A stretch of DNA of 63,857 bases, filler included, from Folioceros fuciformis (Eukaryota), in NCBI GenBank assembly GCA_049999805.1. It is 9 parts of 9 records of this genome, joined end to end, with 100 filler letters (N's around TTAATTAATTAA, not from the genome) between each part and the next. Parts side by side here need not be neighbours in the genome. Positions count along the whole stretch, not along the records: positions 1 to 7,901 come from JBNGIO010005338.1; positions 8,002 to 27,106 come from JBNGIO010005339.1; 7 more parts are not named here. One strand, written 5' to 3'. The position numbers were made by a program, and so were the translations under genes. Positions 1-13,000 of this stretch are shown piece after piece. How positions within the stretch are numbered: position 1 is the stretch's first letter; the number at the start of each line of letters is the position of its first letter. The notes under the pieces were generated by a model. That model made no database searches and had not been told where the DNA came from. It saw only the letters and a list, made by a program, of their open reading frames with translations.

Positions 1-254
1 TCCCCGCGCCCGTGCTCGCGGCGCTGGCGGCCTGCAGTGCCCCGGGTTGGCTGGCCACATACCCGCACGCTTGCGGCACTGGCGGGTTGGCGCCCCGCCC
101 CGACCCGACCGGGGGCTTGGAGCCTCCGCTTGCGGGGGCGTCCCGTGCTAAGCCTGGGCGTCCCGTGCTCCTCCTCAATGTCGCACAAGGCCCAGTTCAC
201 TTCGATGTCTTGTGCACCATCACCCTTGCTCTACACCAAGCTCTAATACACCTT

Positions 255-266
255 GCTCTAATACCA
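255..266 (-). promoter_or_regulatory. tRNA-iMet primer binding site (one mismatch)
   Basis: Reverse complement is TGGTATTAGAGC versus canonical TGGTATCAGAGC, 2 nt from the LTR end. Confidence 0.8.
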
Positions 267-268
267 CT

Positions 269-563
269 TGAAGGAACGCTCTAAGAGCTACATGGTGAAG
301 GAGAAGAGAGGAGGAGGCAAGGAGGAGAGGAGAAAGAGAGGTCACACTCTGACAATAGAGTCACACAATACAAGGGAGCTCAAGGGGGTATTTATACCCT
401 CTATAAGAGCTCCCTAAGAAGCTTCACAAGAAGCCCACAGGAAGCTGCACAAGAACCTTCCTACAGATTAGCTTAAGCTAAACTAAACTAATGATACTTA
501 ACTAGATACTAATCTTAGACTAAACACATTAGTCTAAGCACATTGGGCTTTAATAACCCTACA
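269..563 (-). mobile_element. 5' LTR of Tork/Tnt1-like Copia family (LTR family A)
   Basis: Minus strand reads TGTAGGGTTATT...GTTCCTTCA, matching the LTR at 18390-18660. It is followed by a PBS-like TGGTATTAGAGC at 255-266. Confidence 0.9.
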
Positions 564-572
564 CTCACAGTG

Positions 573-949
573 TCATGCAAGAAATGCAGAGCTTGGACAT
601 GAAGATGGCATCTTAGAGTTGTCCTTAGTGCCCACAATGTCAGTATCATGTAAGTCAAACAGTGGAGTGCTGAAATTGTTGGAATCACTCTCTGGAATGA
701 TGCCAACCCCACTCCTTGGATCTTGAACATTAGGAATACCTACAAACTTAGGGTTTCCTTCACAAATAGAAGCCATAGCTTGAAAATAAGGCCAAGTAGA
801 ATTCACCTGACATGTGCTTGACTTCATCTCCTTCTTCTTGTAGTACCGTTTCTTAAGATTCTCTAGCTTCTGCTTGCACTTCTTGCCACATAGACCATCC
901 AGGTGACAAGTACTAGCAACCTCTTTGGCCATTTCAGACCAGTACTTGT
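573..949 (-). pseudogene. Myb/SANT-like (trihelix/MADF) DNA-binding domain fragment, possibly Harbinger-derived
   Basis: Translation NKYWSEMAKEV...KKCKQKLENLKKRYYKKK...STWPYFQAMASI fits the trihelix pattern. It is cut on both sides by LTR elements. Confidence 0.6.
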
Positions 950-2640
950 TGTTAAAATAAGGTTATCTTAATAAACCATAATTACATAATATTAGTTACT
1001 ACGTCATTAAGTTAATTAATAGTTTAATTAATAGTTACTCTAATAGGTAAGATATCTAGGGGTACGACATTCAGTAAACAACATAAAAATAATTTTGTAC
1101 TCAATATTTTATTATTATTTTCTTTCAGGTTTAAGTTTAGGTTCTAGCTCAAACATGGTATCAGAGCACTTTAGATCTTACAGGGCCAGATAGAGAATTT
1201 TATTTTCTTTAATCTCATCTAAAAAAATTTAGAATCTAATCTCTAGAAAAATAGATATAAAGTTTTTTAAATTTTAGATTTATTTTATTAAAGAAACCAT
1301 GCAAACATAGAGAATTCTATGGGTTTCTTTAATACAAATCATGTATAGAATTAAGATAGGTAGCAAGAATGCTTAGAAAAAGGTTTAATGCTTGTGAAAC
1401 TTGCCAGCCAAATGATTATTTAATCTTTAAACGTCCTATTGTTATTAATTATATTAATGACAAATTATAACATTTAAGACTTACTAGATCTTCTAAGAGG
1501 CTGTTTTTAAACTCAGCAATTGCTGAACATAATGAGAAGATAGGGAGGNNNNNNNNNNNNNNNNNNNNNNNNNNNNNNNNNNNNNNNNNNNNNNNNNNNN
1601 NNNNNNNNNNNNNNNNNNNNNNNNNNNNNNNNNNNNNNNNNNNNNNNNACATCAGACACCTATTATGAAGCCTCCATTTATAAATAAGGACTCAAAAAAA
1701 TTACATTTAAATTTTTTATTTGGAAATGAGGAGCTTGAATAGCTAGCTCAAAAGCATATATCGATTCTCTCAAGATGTCTTCCATACATTTATTGAAAAA
1801 GAAAGATCGCTTTGACGGGAGAGAGTTTGATATATGACATTTTAGGATTAATTGTATCCTAAAAGAATTCCATTTAATGGCAATTGCAGATGGTTCAGAA
1901 CCGAAACTAGTAGTCAGAAGTAGTAGACCTCCTACACGAGGAGGAACTATAAATAAGACAACACAAAAAGACATATATGAATGGGAAACCAAAGATATTG
2001 CAAGTGGTGGTATCTGGCCTTACATTCAACATGATAAATCATATCAAGTTATGTAAGACTTCTAAAGAAGCTATTGAATTACTATCTGACACATATCAAT
2101 GCACAGATATGATGTTGGAGGTCGCAGCCGAACAGGCTCTTCATGGCTTGAAAATGCGAGAAGGTGACTCTTTAGAAAATCACCTAAACAAATTCAGAAA
2201 ACTTCGAGCTAATCTTGCAGCAGTAGGGACTACATTAACGGAGCATAAGGCTTCTATTACATTACTTGCTTCATTACCTCCTAGCTATACTCAATTCAGC
2301 ATCGGACTACAACAATTCGTAACTCTTACCCCTGCCTCGGTTGGGGTAGCACAATCCTCTAATCTCACTGTCCAGTGTGTAACAGCTGCACTCCAACAAT
2401 ATGAACAAACGAAGAAGTCGCGGGTTCTTCAGGCTCTAGATCAACGACAAGAGCTATGTAAAAGAAAATTCGATGAGAATAATGGGAAACTAAAAACTAA
2501 GGCTAATGTAATAAGGAGCTCAACCCCTGGTATGCTTGCTGTTTGTTTAACATCCTCAGCTGCAAATAGATACAGCTGGTTCTGGGACAGCGGGGCATCA
2601 AATCATATGTGTTTAGAAAAATTAGTCTTTCAAGTCTATG
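950..2640 (+). mobile_element. 5' part of a degenerate Copia element (LTR about 950-1155, PBS, gag, protease)
   Basis: TG...CA AT-rich LTR, then exact TGGTATCAGAGC at 1156-1167. Frameshifted gag (DRFDGREFD...; LKMREGDSLENHLNKF...LLASLPPSY) and protease WFWDSGASNHMC. Confidence 0.85.
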
Positions 2641-3489
2641 GGAACATTCCCATCCTACGTAGAGGAGGAGCCTCAAGTTGAGGAACAAGGGGATCTCTCT
2701 CCTACCAAACCTGTAGGTGGTGGTGAAGGAATAGCCCAAGAGATCCACACAGAGGAAGGTACAGTGGAAGCTCGTGGATCCAAAAGAAGACGAATCCCAA
2801 TAATGGAGGGGGGCCTAGTGGTTCAGCCTTCAGACTTTGCCTCTCTTCGAAAGCCTTCCTAGCCACACCTTTTTGAAAAGGGAGTCAACGAATCTTCTAT
2901 GGCGGCACCGACAGTCCTAATCTTCATCGGTGCGCACTGCCCTAGCAATTATTGGTAGGACTTAGCCTCTTGGTAGGTGTGTGCAATTAAAGTTGGTGGC
3001 GCCTAGTGTGAGAGAAGGGTAGCGCACCACCTACATGTAGGAGAGGGTTCATGTGTCGATCTCTCCTATAAGGAGGGGCTACACAAAGAAATGAACCACC
3101 ACATTCTGCACTCTTCTCATGGCGAGTTCTCATGCTCAGCAAAGTGTAGGAATCTCGTTGCCGACTATGTGCCATCATAGTGCCTAGTTGCGGCTAGAGT
3201 TGCAGTGGTCGAAGTGCTTGGCAAAGGGCTCATACTCTTCCATGGGCACCCCTGCAAGTTGCTTCCCTTGTGAATGGTTGTTGTGCTGCTATGGGTGTGT
3301 GGCAATACCTATGTGGCTGTTGGCTTGAGGGTAGACTCCAGGGAAAGACTTCTTGGGAGTTCTTGCTAACAAGCGCAAGCACGCAGCAACCAGCCCAAGG
3401 AAAAACTTGTTGGTCGTTGGACGTAGGGAGACGAGCAGCTGGATCGTTGTGGAAGGTGTTGTGAGGAGACTTGTGAGGGAGGGGTGTTG

Positions 3490-4130
3490 GGTGTAGGGAG
3501 GTAGAAATCGGTAGGGGAGGCATTGGGGCCCTTCCAAGTGAAGGAATGGTGCCTTCCTACTAACTGGACGTGTTGAAGGTGCGCGGGAAAGGTTGAAGGT
3601 CGTAGGCGAACGATAAATAGAGTTGGAGGGAGTGGAGTAGGCTCGGAGGAAAACTTGTTGGTTGCTGGGTATAGGGAGACGAGTAGCTAGATTGTGGGTA
3701 GAGGAAGGTGTCGTAGGGAGCCTTGTGAGGAAAAGGTATTGAGTGTAGGGTGGTAGAAATCGGTAGGCGAGGTACTGGGGCCCTTCCAAGTGAAGGAATG
3801 GTGCCTACCTACTGACGAGACGTGTTGCAAGATTGGTAGGAACGTGATTGGAAGGTAGAAATCGGTAGGGGAGGTAATGGGGCCCTTCCAAGTGAAGGAA
3901 TGGTGCCTACCTACTGACGAGACGTGTTGCAAGATTGGTAGGAACGTGATTGGAAGGTAGAAATTGGTAGGGGAGGTACTAGGGCCTTTCCAAGTGAAGG
4001 AATGGTGCCTACCTATTGATGGGTTTAGGGTAGGAACGTGATTGGAAGGTAGAAATCGGTAGGGGAGGTACTGGGGCTCTTCCAAGTGAAGGAATGGTGC
4101 CTACCTATTGATGGGACGTGTGGCCAGATT
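3490..4130. repeat. Tandem array of about 102-bp GTAGG-rich units
   Basis: The core GTAGAAATCGGTAGGGGAGGTACTGGGGCCCTTCCAAGTGAAGGAATGGTGCCTACCTA recurs five times; the minus-strand ORF shows a 34-aa period. Confidence 0.85.
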
Positions 4131-4244
4131 GGTAGGTACGTGGTTGGGAGAGTTGACTAGTGTAGGGGAGCGATAGACGTAGCTGACCAAGCTCAGAGGG
4201 GAGCGATTCCAGGGAAACCTACAACGACCGTGGGATTGATGTGG

Positions 4245-6630
4245 CCACGATACATGTGAGCGGGTGCCTGGTAGGGATACCATACCCGCTTGCCCACAAG
4301 TCCTCCTCTTGGCCTACAAGTATATACACATTAGAGTTCGATTCACTTCTTTTGAATCCCATAGGAATTAGAAATATGTCCAGCCTTTGGTACCAGGCTT
4401 TAGGTGATTGCTTGAGCCCGTATATGGCTTTAACTAACTTGCACGCCTTGTCCTCCTATCCCTTTTTTATAAAACCAGGTGGTTGAGACATATAAATATC
4501 CTCCTCAAGATTACCTTGCAAGAAGGCAGTCTTGACATCCATTTGGTGGATAAACATGGAGTAGAAGGCCACAAATGCAAATATAACTCTTAGTGATTGA
4601 AGTTTTACCACAAGCAAGAAAGTGTCGAAATAGTCAACACCAGGTACTTGTGTAAACCCTCTGGCACATAGTCTAGCCTTGTATCATTCGATACTGCCAT
4701 TTGCCTTCAATTTTCGCTTGAAGACCCATTTACAGCTTATGATTTTTCTACGTTTAGGTTTGTCCACTAGTACCCATGTTTTATTATCCATTAATGAGTT
4801 ATACTCGCACTGAATTGCAGGTTCCTATTTCTCTTTATCATGGCCAGTTCTAGTAGCCTCGATTGTCAAGGGATCAAGGCCATCATTGGCCACAAGAAAG
4901 GCTTCAACTCTTGGGTCTTCTAGATTTTCTAGATCAGGTCCAAACTCTTTTTTTTCTTCTGAATGTGAGTTGGAGGGATCAGCTGGGGTGTGTGTGATCT
5001 TAGAGGACTGCCATTCAGCATTTGTGTAAGGCTTTTCTGACCATTGGGATCTAGGAGGTCGATTTCTAGTGGAGCGTCTCAAGGCTCCCACTGGCTGCAA
5101 GTTGTCTCTTGGTTGATGAGGTTGTGAGGGGACAGGATGATCAGGTTGAGGTTCGACAGGCTGGTTAGCAACAAAGTCATCAATAAAATCTGCTGCTATG
5201 TTTCCCCTGTCAAGGTCACTGCCTAGATCACTATCTGAGGTATGGCCTTGATTAATTGGCTGATTGACTTGGGAATGGTTGACCTAATGGAAGTTGCTGA
5301 CCTGCACGAAATGGTGCTCCCACTACAGCTGGAGCTGCTGCTAATAGGGTATCATCCTCCTCGTCCTCCATAGTATCTGCAAGATCATCCTCCTCGTCCT
5401 CCATTTTGATATATCTCTTAATAAAGAAAGCATAAGGGAAACTCCACAAGGGAGGTAAGAGTCTCATGAGGTAAGGAATTTGTAACCTTAGGTTGAAGGG
5501 CTCTCTTCTCATTAAAAATGGTTGATCTTGCATGAAACACCTTGTGCTTGAGGGGATCATACAACTTGTAGCCGTGAATCCCAAATGTATAGCCAATGAA
5601 GATGCATGGTGTAGTCTTGGAGTACAATTTTCTGCATAACTGCCGAGCTACATGTGCATATGCAAGGCTACCAAGTATACGCAATGAAGAAACATCCGGC
5701 TTCCTTTTGTGCCAAGCCTCAAAGGGTGTCACCTTAGCAAGTGGAGCAGTAGGGAGGATGTTTTGTAGGCAGCCTCTGCTGTAGTAATAGCTTCGGCCCA
5801 AAATTTTAGAGGTAATCCTGCTTGATGAAGCTTGCTTAGGGCTGATTCTTGCAGCGATCTATGCTTACGCTTTGCTCTCCCATTCATCTCTGAATTATAA
5901 GGGATTCTCAATTGACGAGTGATTCCCCTCAGCTTGCAGAAATCTTCAAACTCATTGGAAAGGTATTCGCCACCATTATCCGAGCGAAGAGACTTCAACA
6001 ACTTGCCAGTATGGCACTCTGCATAGGCCAAGTAGTCCTGAAAAGTCTAGAAAACCTCACTCTTTGCCTTCAGGATATATAGAGCTGTAAAATATGAATA
6101 GTCATTCATATAGACTATAAAATATCTGCCACCTCCTATAGAGGGTACCGACATAGGACCACAGACATCAGAGTGAACAAGAGAAAATAGCTCAGTTTTG
6201 GGCTTGTCCTTTCCACTACAGAAATGTTGTTTCCTTTGTTTTCCATGGATGCAGGCTTCACAAAAAATTTCTGGAATGTGCTTAATAGATTCCATACCAC
6301 TGACCAGCTATTCCTTTACTATCCTGGTCATGATTGCAGTTCATGAATGCCCTAAATTGCAATTCCATGTGAAGACTTGAAGATGAATTGGGATTCGGAG
6401 AGGAAATTGCATAATTATGAGCTGTAGGTATACTGTCATTATCACACAGCAGTGGAGCTATATTCAATTTATATAGGTCATTATGTACAAGTCCTATAGC
6501 AACTGGAATTTGCATATTTGATTTCCTATAAATATAACATGCCTCATCTTCTAGCATAGTTCTATAGAGTTTAATTCTGCCTAAGCACATGCTGTTAACC
6601 AAGTTTTTGGCTATAGCAGGAACATAAGGG
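4245..6630 (-). mobile_element. Degenerate Copia pol (GAG-pre-integrase, integrase, RT)
   Basis: CEACIHGKQ, LVHSDVCGPM, LRSDNGGEY, FWAEAI and CIFIGY motifs, plus RT motifs (CKWVFKRK, MDVKTAFL) on the minus strand, with stops and frameshifts. Confidence 0.9.
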
Positions 6631-6899
6631 TGTTTATCAAATTGAGAATGCTACATCTGCCATAGGTAGGGTACTTATTGCTCCCTTCGTAGGTAGGTTG
6701 CCTATCATTCCCACCCATTGTCGTAGGTAGACAGTCTACCCCATTGCTGTAGGTGGGGTGTCTACTATATAAGTACCTTCCCTACCTACGTAGGTATCTT
6801 CCATTTTTCCACGTAGGTACTCTCTAGGTATGTAGGTAGACATCCTCCTATGTAGGTATTTTCTTATTCTAATCTATCAGAATAGAATTAAAAAAAACT

Positions 6900-7220
6900 C
6901 CATAAAAACCTTCACTAGTCCATAAAAACCTTCACTAGCCGCTCACTACCTACCATGGCACTTGCCCAAAACCCTACCTACCATGGCACTTGCCCAAAAC
7001 CCTACCTTCAACATGCCTGAACAAAAAGAAGCCAAATTAGACTTTCCTAAACCTTCCATATACTTCTCTTCGAATTATTCTGAACAAACCTTCCACATAC
7101 CTTCAAACTATTCTGAACAAAAAGAAGCCAAATTAGACTTTCCTAAACCTTCCACATGCCTCTCTTCAAATTATTCTAATTATTCTGAACAAAAAGAAAC
7201 CAAGTTAGACTTTCCTAGAC
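6900..7220. repeat. Cluster of short tandem duplications
   Basis: CATAAAAACCTTCACTAG x2, CTACCTACCATGGCACTTGCCCAAAACC x2 and TGAACAAAAAGAAGCCAAATTAGACTTTCCTA x3 (the last imperfect). Confidence 0.75.
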
Positions 7221-7324
7221 CGATTACCAAACTTTTTCGATTGCAGTCCTAGGTGCCTCCATTGATGAGAGTCAAACAAATGCTTTCACAAGCACCACAA
7301 TGCCTCTGTTGATGAAAGTCAAAC

Positions 7325-7760
7325 ACATGCTTTCACAAGAGTTCGATATGTCAGACCTAGGTGAGTTGCATTGGTGTTCAGGCACAGAGTTTAAACATGA
7401 TAGAAACATGATAGAAATGCTGGAATTGTAACTATTCATCAAGAAACCTATATAAAAACAATGTTAACAAGATAGAACATGGCTGATGCCAAGCCAGCTA
7501 GTACTCTTATGGCCATTGGCATCAAACTCAGCAAGGATCAGTCTCCTAGGAATGAAGAGGAGATCAAATCTATGCTTAGTGTACCGTACAGCCAAGCAGT
7601 TGGCTCTCTGAATTATTGCTCAACTAACTTTAGATGTGATATTTCGCAGCCTGTGAGTGCAGTGGCACAATTCCTCAGCAACCTTGGACCAATCCATTGG
7701 TCAGCCGTGAAAAGAATAATAAGGTACCTAAAATCAACTGCTAGCCATGAAGAAAACTAA
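7325..7760 (+). mobile_element. Copia RT C-terminal fragment
   Basis: EFDMSDLGEL; VPYSQAVGSLNY; HWSAVKRIIRYLK. Confidence 0.8.
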
Positions 7761-7901
7761 GGTACCTAAAATCAACTGCTAGCCATGAAGAAAACTAAGG
7801 TACCTAAAATCAACTGCTAGCCATGAAGAAAACTAAGGTACCTAAAATCAACTGCTAGCCATGAAGAAAACTAAGGTACCTAAAATCAACTGCTAGCCAT
7901 G
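7722..7901. repeat. 38-bp tandem repeat running into a gap
   Basis: AGGTACCTAAAATCAACTGCTAGCCATGAAGAAAACTA, about 4.7 identical copies. Confidence 0.9.
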
Positions 7902-8001
7902 NNNNNNNNNNNNNNNNNNNNNNNNNNNNNNNNNNNNNNNNNNNNTTAATTAATTAANNNNNNNNNNNNNNNNNNNNNNNNNNNNNNNNNNNNNNNNNNN
8001 N
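7902..8001. other. Artificial scaffold linker (N-TTAATTAATTAA-N). The same linker occurs at 27107-27206, 30797-30896, 35819-35918, 42376-42475, 55207-55306, 58455-58554 and 60565-60664
   Basis: Identical 100-nt structure with a six-frame stop linker, repeated eight times. Confidence 0.97.
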
Positions 8002-8189
8002 TTGAGGGCAAAGACGGAAGCTAGTTGGGATCCTGGCCACAAGGCGGAATCGGATCTCAACGGAGGATTTAGGCTCGACGTGTCATCCTAAATTGTGGAC
8101 AGAAGAATCAGAACGAGGGTAACAAAATCTACAGTACATTTCGACAGTTTCTGACTAGCATTTTGCTTGATTTGCATCGATTTTGAAAT

Positions 8190-9126
8190 ATGGCGTCCTC
8201 GGAAAATGTCATGTTCAATATTAAGAAGTTAGATGGTACTAACTTCCCGTTCTGGAAAGAACAAGTGTATAATGTTCTAGTGCAGAAGAAGCAAATCAAG
8301 TCGATAAAGTTGCTAGGAGTGAAACCTGTTAGCATGACTCAGGATGAGTGGCAAGATCTAGATGAGCTTGCTAGGTCTACCATCATGCTAACATTGTCGA
8401 AGTCGGTCTACTTCAACGTGAAAGACAAGACCACAAGCTACGAGCTATGGCAGAAGTTGTGTGACCTGTACGAGAAGCAAAGTGATGCTTCTCAAGTGTA
8501 TTGGTTGAAACAGTTGGTGGACTTGAAGATGAAGGAAGGGACGAGGATGTCTGATCATTTGAACGAGTTCAATACCATTTTCAGCCAGCTCTCATCTCAA
8601 TGTATCTCGTTTCCAGATTCCATGAGAGCTATGTTTCTGTTGGTCACATTACTAGAGAGCTGGGACACCTTTCGTACAGCTCTGAGTAATTTCGCTCCTG
8701 CCAGTGGTCTTACCGTTGTAAATGTAGAAGGTAGCCTGTTAACAGAGGAGGTGAACAGGAAGAATATGGAACCTTCAAAAGGTTCCAATGCCCTCATGAT
8801 GAGAGGAAGGTCCACTTCAAAGAGGAAGTACAAGGAGCGAAGTTCTTCTCGTAGTAAATCTCGTAGTCGTAACAATGTTGAGTGTTACCATTGTCACAAG
8901 AAGGGTCACATCAGGAAGGACTGCGAGAAGTTCAAGAAGGACAAAGGAAAAGAGAAGAAGCAAAGCGACAACAAGGCAAGTCCCGGTACCAAGCCTAACG
9001 AGGTGAATTTTGTTGACGATGGAGATGTTCTTATCTCGTCTTCCTTCGATTCTGCACAACTGACAGCCGTGGAGAGTCTCTTATTCTCTAATTGGATAAT
9101 TGACTCTGAAGCATCTTTCCATGTTA
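8190..9126 (+). CDS. gag: Copia Gag with CCHC zinc knuckle and start of protease
   Basis: FNIKKLDGTNFPFWK; CYHCHKKGHIRKDC; WIIDSEASFHV. Open until the 10-N gap. Confidence 0.85.
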
Positions 9127-9373
9127 NNNNNNNNNNTACTGCGGTGCATCTTATTAACAGATCTCCTAATAGGGCTGTGGATGGACAGGTTCCAGAGGAG
9201 ATGTGGTCTGGAAAGAAGCCGTCATACAAGCATCTATGAGTGTTTGGCTGCGAGGCATACTACCATGTTCCGAAGGAGTTTTGGGACAAGTTGGCACCCA
9301 AGTCAAAGAAATCTATTTTTCTTGGCTATGGTGAATCTGCTGAGATGGGATACCGTCTATGGGATCCAGAAGC

Positions 9374-9563
9374 TGAAAAAACTACTAGGGAGAGACACAG
9401 CAAACTTTTCAATGAATAATAACAATGATGATCATTAAGTTCACAAAGAGTTGTCCTTATATACTAAACCCTAAGTGTTACTACACATAACCCTTCGTTA
9501 TATATATAACCCTAAACTAAGGTAACTAGTGGCCGTGGTTATAATAACCCCTGGGGTTTAACA
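9374..9563 (-). repeat. 3' LTR of nested Copia
   Basis: TGTTAAACCCC...TTTTCA on the minus strand; near-identical to 16310-16499. Confidence 0.95.
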
Positions 9564-10010
9564 CACCCCCTTAACCACGGAACACTGGTTAGCCTACAAA
9601 CCGAGATTGAGGACTGTGATGGCGGGACCACTGTTGTTGGCGCTGAATCTGTGTACCCAGGCGATTGCAGCCTTCGATCTGATCTGGTACTGGAAGGAAG
9701 ACCAGGAGAAGCGAGCTAGGAGAAGACGGAGAGCACCAGCAGCACGGGATGAAGAAAATGGGTTATGCTTTGCGACAGAGCAACGAATTGAAGTGGCAGA
9801 TTGGGAGGCGAAACTGTCAATGGTAATGGCAATGAGACCAGTGAGGAGGCAAGCTTGTATCCCAGAGGCCCAGCTGAAGCAGTTGAAAGACCAGCTGGAG
9901 CAGGCTACCAGAGTCCCATTGCCGAAGTAGAGCACAGCCAGGTGCCGCACGATTAGACAGGAGAAAAAAAACTTCATCCGCCCAGCACCTGAAACGTCCA
10001 CCTGCAGCTG

Positions 10011-13000
10011 TCAAGGCAAGTAGGAAGAGTACTCTACCAGGCCCAATGCCTCCATGTGAAAAACATGCTTGCTTGTTGGTAAGCTCTTGGTAAGCACATC
10101 AGCTGTATTCAGCTCCGTGGATATGTGCTGGATCTTAATCATCTTGCGCTCCACGGAATGTCTGACATAGTGATGGTGAATTTTGATGTGTTTGGTGCGC
10201 GCTTGAAAACGAGGGTTCCCAACCAAAGCGATAGTAGACATGTTGTCGCAGAAGATGGTTGTGGGAATCGACTGTGGAAAGCCCAAGCCAACTAGAAACA
10301 TACGCTCCCATTCAGCCTCCTTGGCTGAATCCGTAAGAGCTTTGTACTCGGCCTCCGTGGATGAAAGGGCTATTGATGCCTATTTCTTTGAACTCCAGTT
10401 GACAACGGCACCGGAGAGCATGAAACAATACGCGGAGATGCTCTTGCGTTGATCGGGGTCCGTAGCCCAGTCAGCATCTGCGTATCCTTCAAGAGTGATG
10501 GCATTGTCAGTGCCCTGGAAGCAGAGTCCAAAGGTAGATGTGCCTTTAAGGTATCGGAAGATCCTTTTAACTGCCATCCAATGTATGGGGCTGGGGTTCT
10601 CAAGGTATTGAGAAACCACACTAATTGAGTGCTGGATATCGGGCCTTGTCCAGCAGCCAATGTAGTTGAGACATCCCACAGCGTGACGGTAAGGGATCTG
10701 ACTCATAGCTTCACGTTCATAGTCGTCTTGTGGACTCTATTGAGCAGAAAGTTTAACCCCGACGCTGCCTGGTGTACTGACAGGCTTAGCATCCTGCAAG
10801 TTGAAGCATCGAAGTGTCTCACCAATATATTTAGTCTGGTGTAAGACAAGTATGCGGTTAGTCCTATCTCTCAACAGCTGAACGCCAAGGACAAAGGTAA
10901 GTGATCCAACGTCCTTCATATCGTACTCCTTGCGCAGCATACCTTTCACCCAGTCTAGTAGTTCTCTGTTGTTAGATGCTAGTATGGCATCATCAACGTA
11001 AAGTGCTAGGATGACCAAGTGACCGCCCTTGGAATAGATGTATACGTTGGCATTAGCTGAATTCTGGAGGAAACCTATCGACTTGAGGTACTTATCTATA
11101 CATTTGTACCACTCACGAGCACTTTGCTTCAAGCCGTATAGAGTTTTCTTCAGTCTGCAAACCCAATCTGGATGTGCATGATTCACGAACCCTCAGGCTG
11201 ATCCATGTAAATATCTTCTTCAAGCTCTCCATACAGAAAGGCGGTTGAAACGTCATCTATTCGAGATCCCAGTCTCTCGCAGCTGCAAGGGCTAACAACA
11301 TTCTGATGGACTATGTCTTCACAACAGGGCTGAACGTCTCATTGAAGTCTATGCCTGCAACTTGGGAGAAACCCCGAGCAACTAGACATGACTTGTAGCG
11401 TGCGATTTCTCCCTGAGCATTCAGCTTGTGTTTAAACACCCATTTGCAGCTAACCGTTCTCCTCCCAGCAGGTAAGGGACAAAGCTCCCATGTCCCATTC
11501 TGATCAGCGAGTTATATTCATCTTGAATTGAAGGAATCCAGTGCTGTTTGTCCGGACCAATAATTGCCTCTAGATATGTGCGAGGTTCTGCTGAGTGGAG
11601 AGTACTGGTGGAGAAGGCCTCACAGAGACGAGCAGATCGATGAATCCTGAAATCCTCAGATTCATAGGGCCTTGTGGTCCAATTTTCCCTAGAGGGACGA
11701 TGTCTATTGGGATACCTACGCTCTTCAACAACTAGTTCAGGTTCGGGGGCAGATTCCTCAGCAGTCTCTAGCTCATCAGCTTCTACAGCTGATTGCTTAG
11801 CGGGTACTAGCCCCTCAGCAGGTTCTAGCTCGTCAACAGATTGCACAGTAGCATCTGCAGGTTCAACAGACTGTATATCTGCATGTGAGCTGTCCTCGAG
11901 CTCATGTTCCTCAGCAAGTGGGAAGTCTACCACTTCAGCATCGGGTATTGGATAATCGCCCTGAGCCATATTATCTTCCGATGGAAACTGTCCAGGTGCT
12001 GCAGGCAACAATTGTGTCGTTTGTGCAGGCATAGGGACAGAAAGTGCTGGGGATTGAGATTGAGCTGCAGTTCCACCCCCTGAACCACCAGCCTGTAAGT
12101 CGAAACGAGGAGCAGGAGGCGGTTCATATGCAGCATCTTGAGGATACTCAGAGGGGAACTTGTCAAAATCAGCAACATCCAAAGGAGAGGATGCTGAAAA
12201 GCTTGTGGCTGTGGCAGTAGGAGCCTGCAGTTCCTTATAGGTGACGCTTCGGGCAAATATTGAAGACCTGGAGTGAGGATCATAGAGCTTATAGGCTTTC
12301 GTCTCCTCACCATAACCAACAAACACGAGGGGTCGAGCCCGAGCCTCAAGCTTCCTGTGCTGTTCTTCATGAATGTAAGCATAGGCAGGTGAACCGAATA
12401 CGCGAAGGCGAAGCAAACTAGGTTTGCATTTCCAGATCATCTCAAAAGGGGTCTGGTCAGGGATTGCAGAAGTAAGGAGCCGATTGAGAATATAGGTGGC
12501 AGTGACAACTGCCTCTGCCCAGTAAGCTTTACTGAGCCCTGACCAGGCCAGCATACTCCAGGTCATGCTGAGTAGAGTTTGATTACGTCGTTCTGCTACC
12601 CCATTTTGTTGGGGAGTATAAGGAATACTTAGCTGGCGGACTACACCCTGAGCTGCAAGATATTCATCAAAAGCGGCATTCACGAACTCGTGCCGATGTC
12701 TGATCTTAAGCTGCGGAGGTGAGCCCCAGTCTGTCGCTATATCATTGTGAGCCACTCTTTAAATAGCAGGAAAGTGTCTGATTTTCGCTTGAGTTGGTAT
12801 GTCCAGGAATATCGACTTAAATCGTCGGTGAGTGTGAGGTAATAAAGAGAACCTCCCAAAGACTGGACATGGATCTTTCCAGAGATGTCCGCATGTACTA
12901 GGTCAAGGATGGCAGAAGACCTATGAGCCAAAGTAGCAGGAAAAGGTAACTCTTTTTGCTTGGCTACTATGCAGGCATCACAAAGAGGAAGGTCTTTGAA

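Noticed and set aside
7722-7901. 38-bp direct repeats resembling a CRISPR array
   Set aside because: There are no spacers, the unit derives from RT coding sequence, and it abuts a gap; it is a tandem repeat or artefact.
7902-8001. TTAATTAATTAA palindrome repeated eight times
   Set aside because: It is always centred in identical N runs, so it is an assembly linker and not biological.
8190-9239. Apparent Gag-integrase fusion or internal deletion
   Set aside because: The junction is a 10-N gap, so the missing sequence is probably just unassembled.
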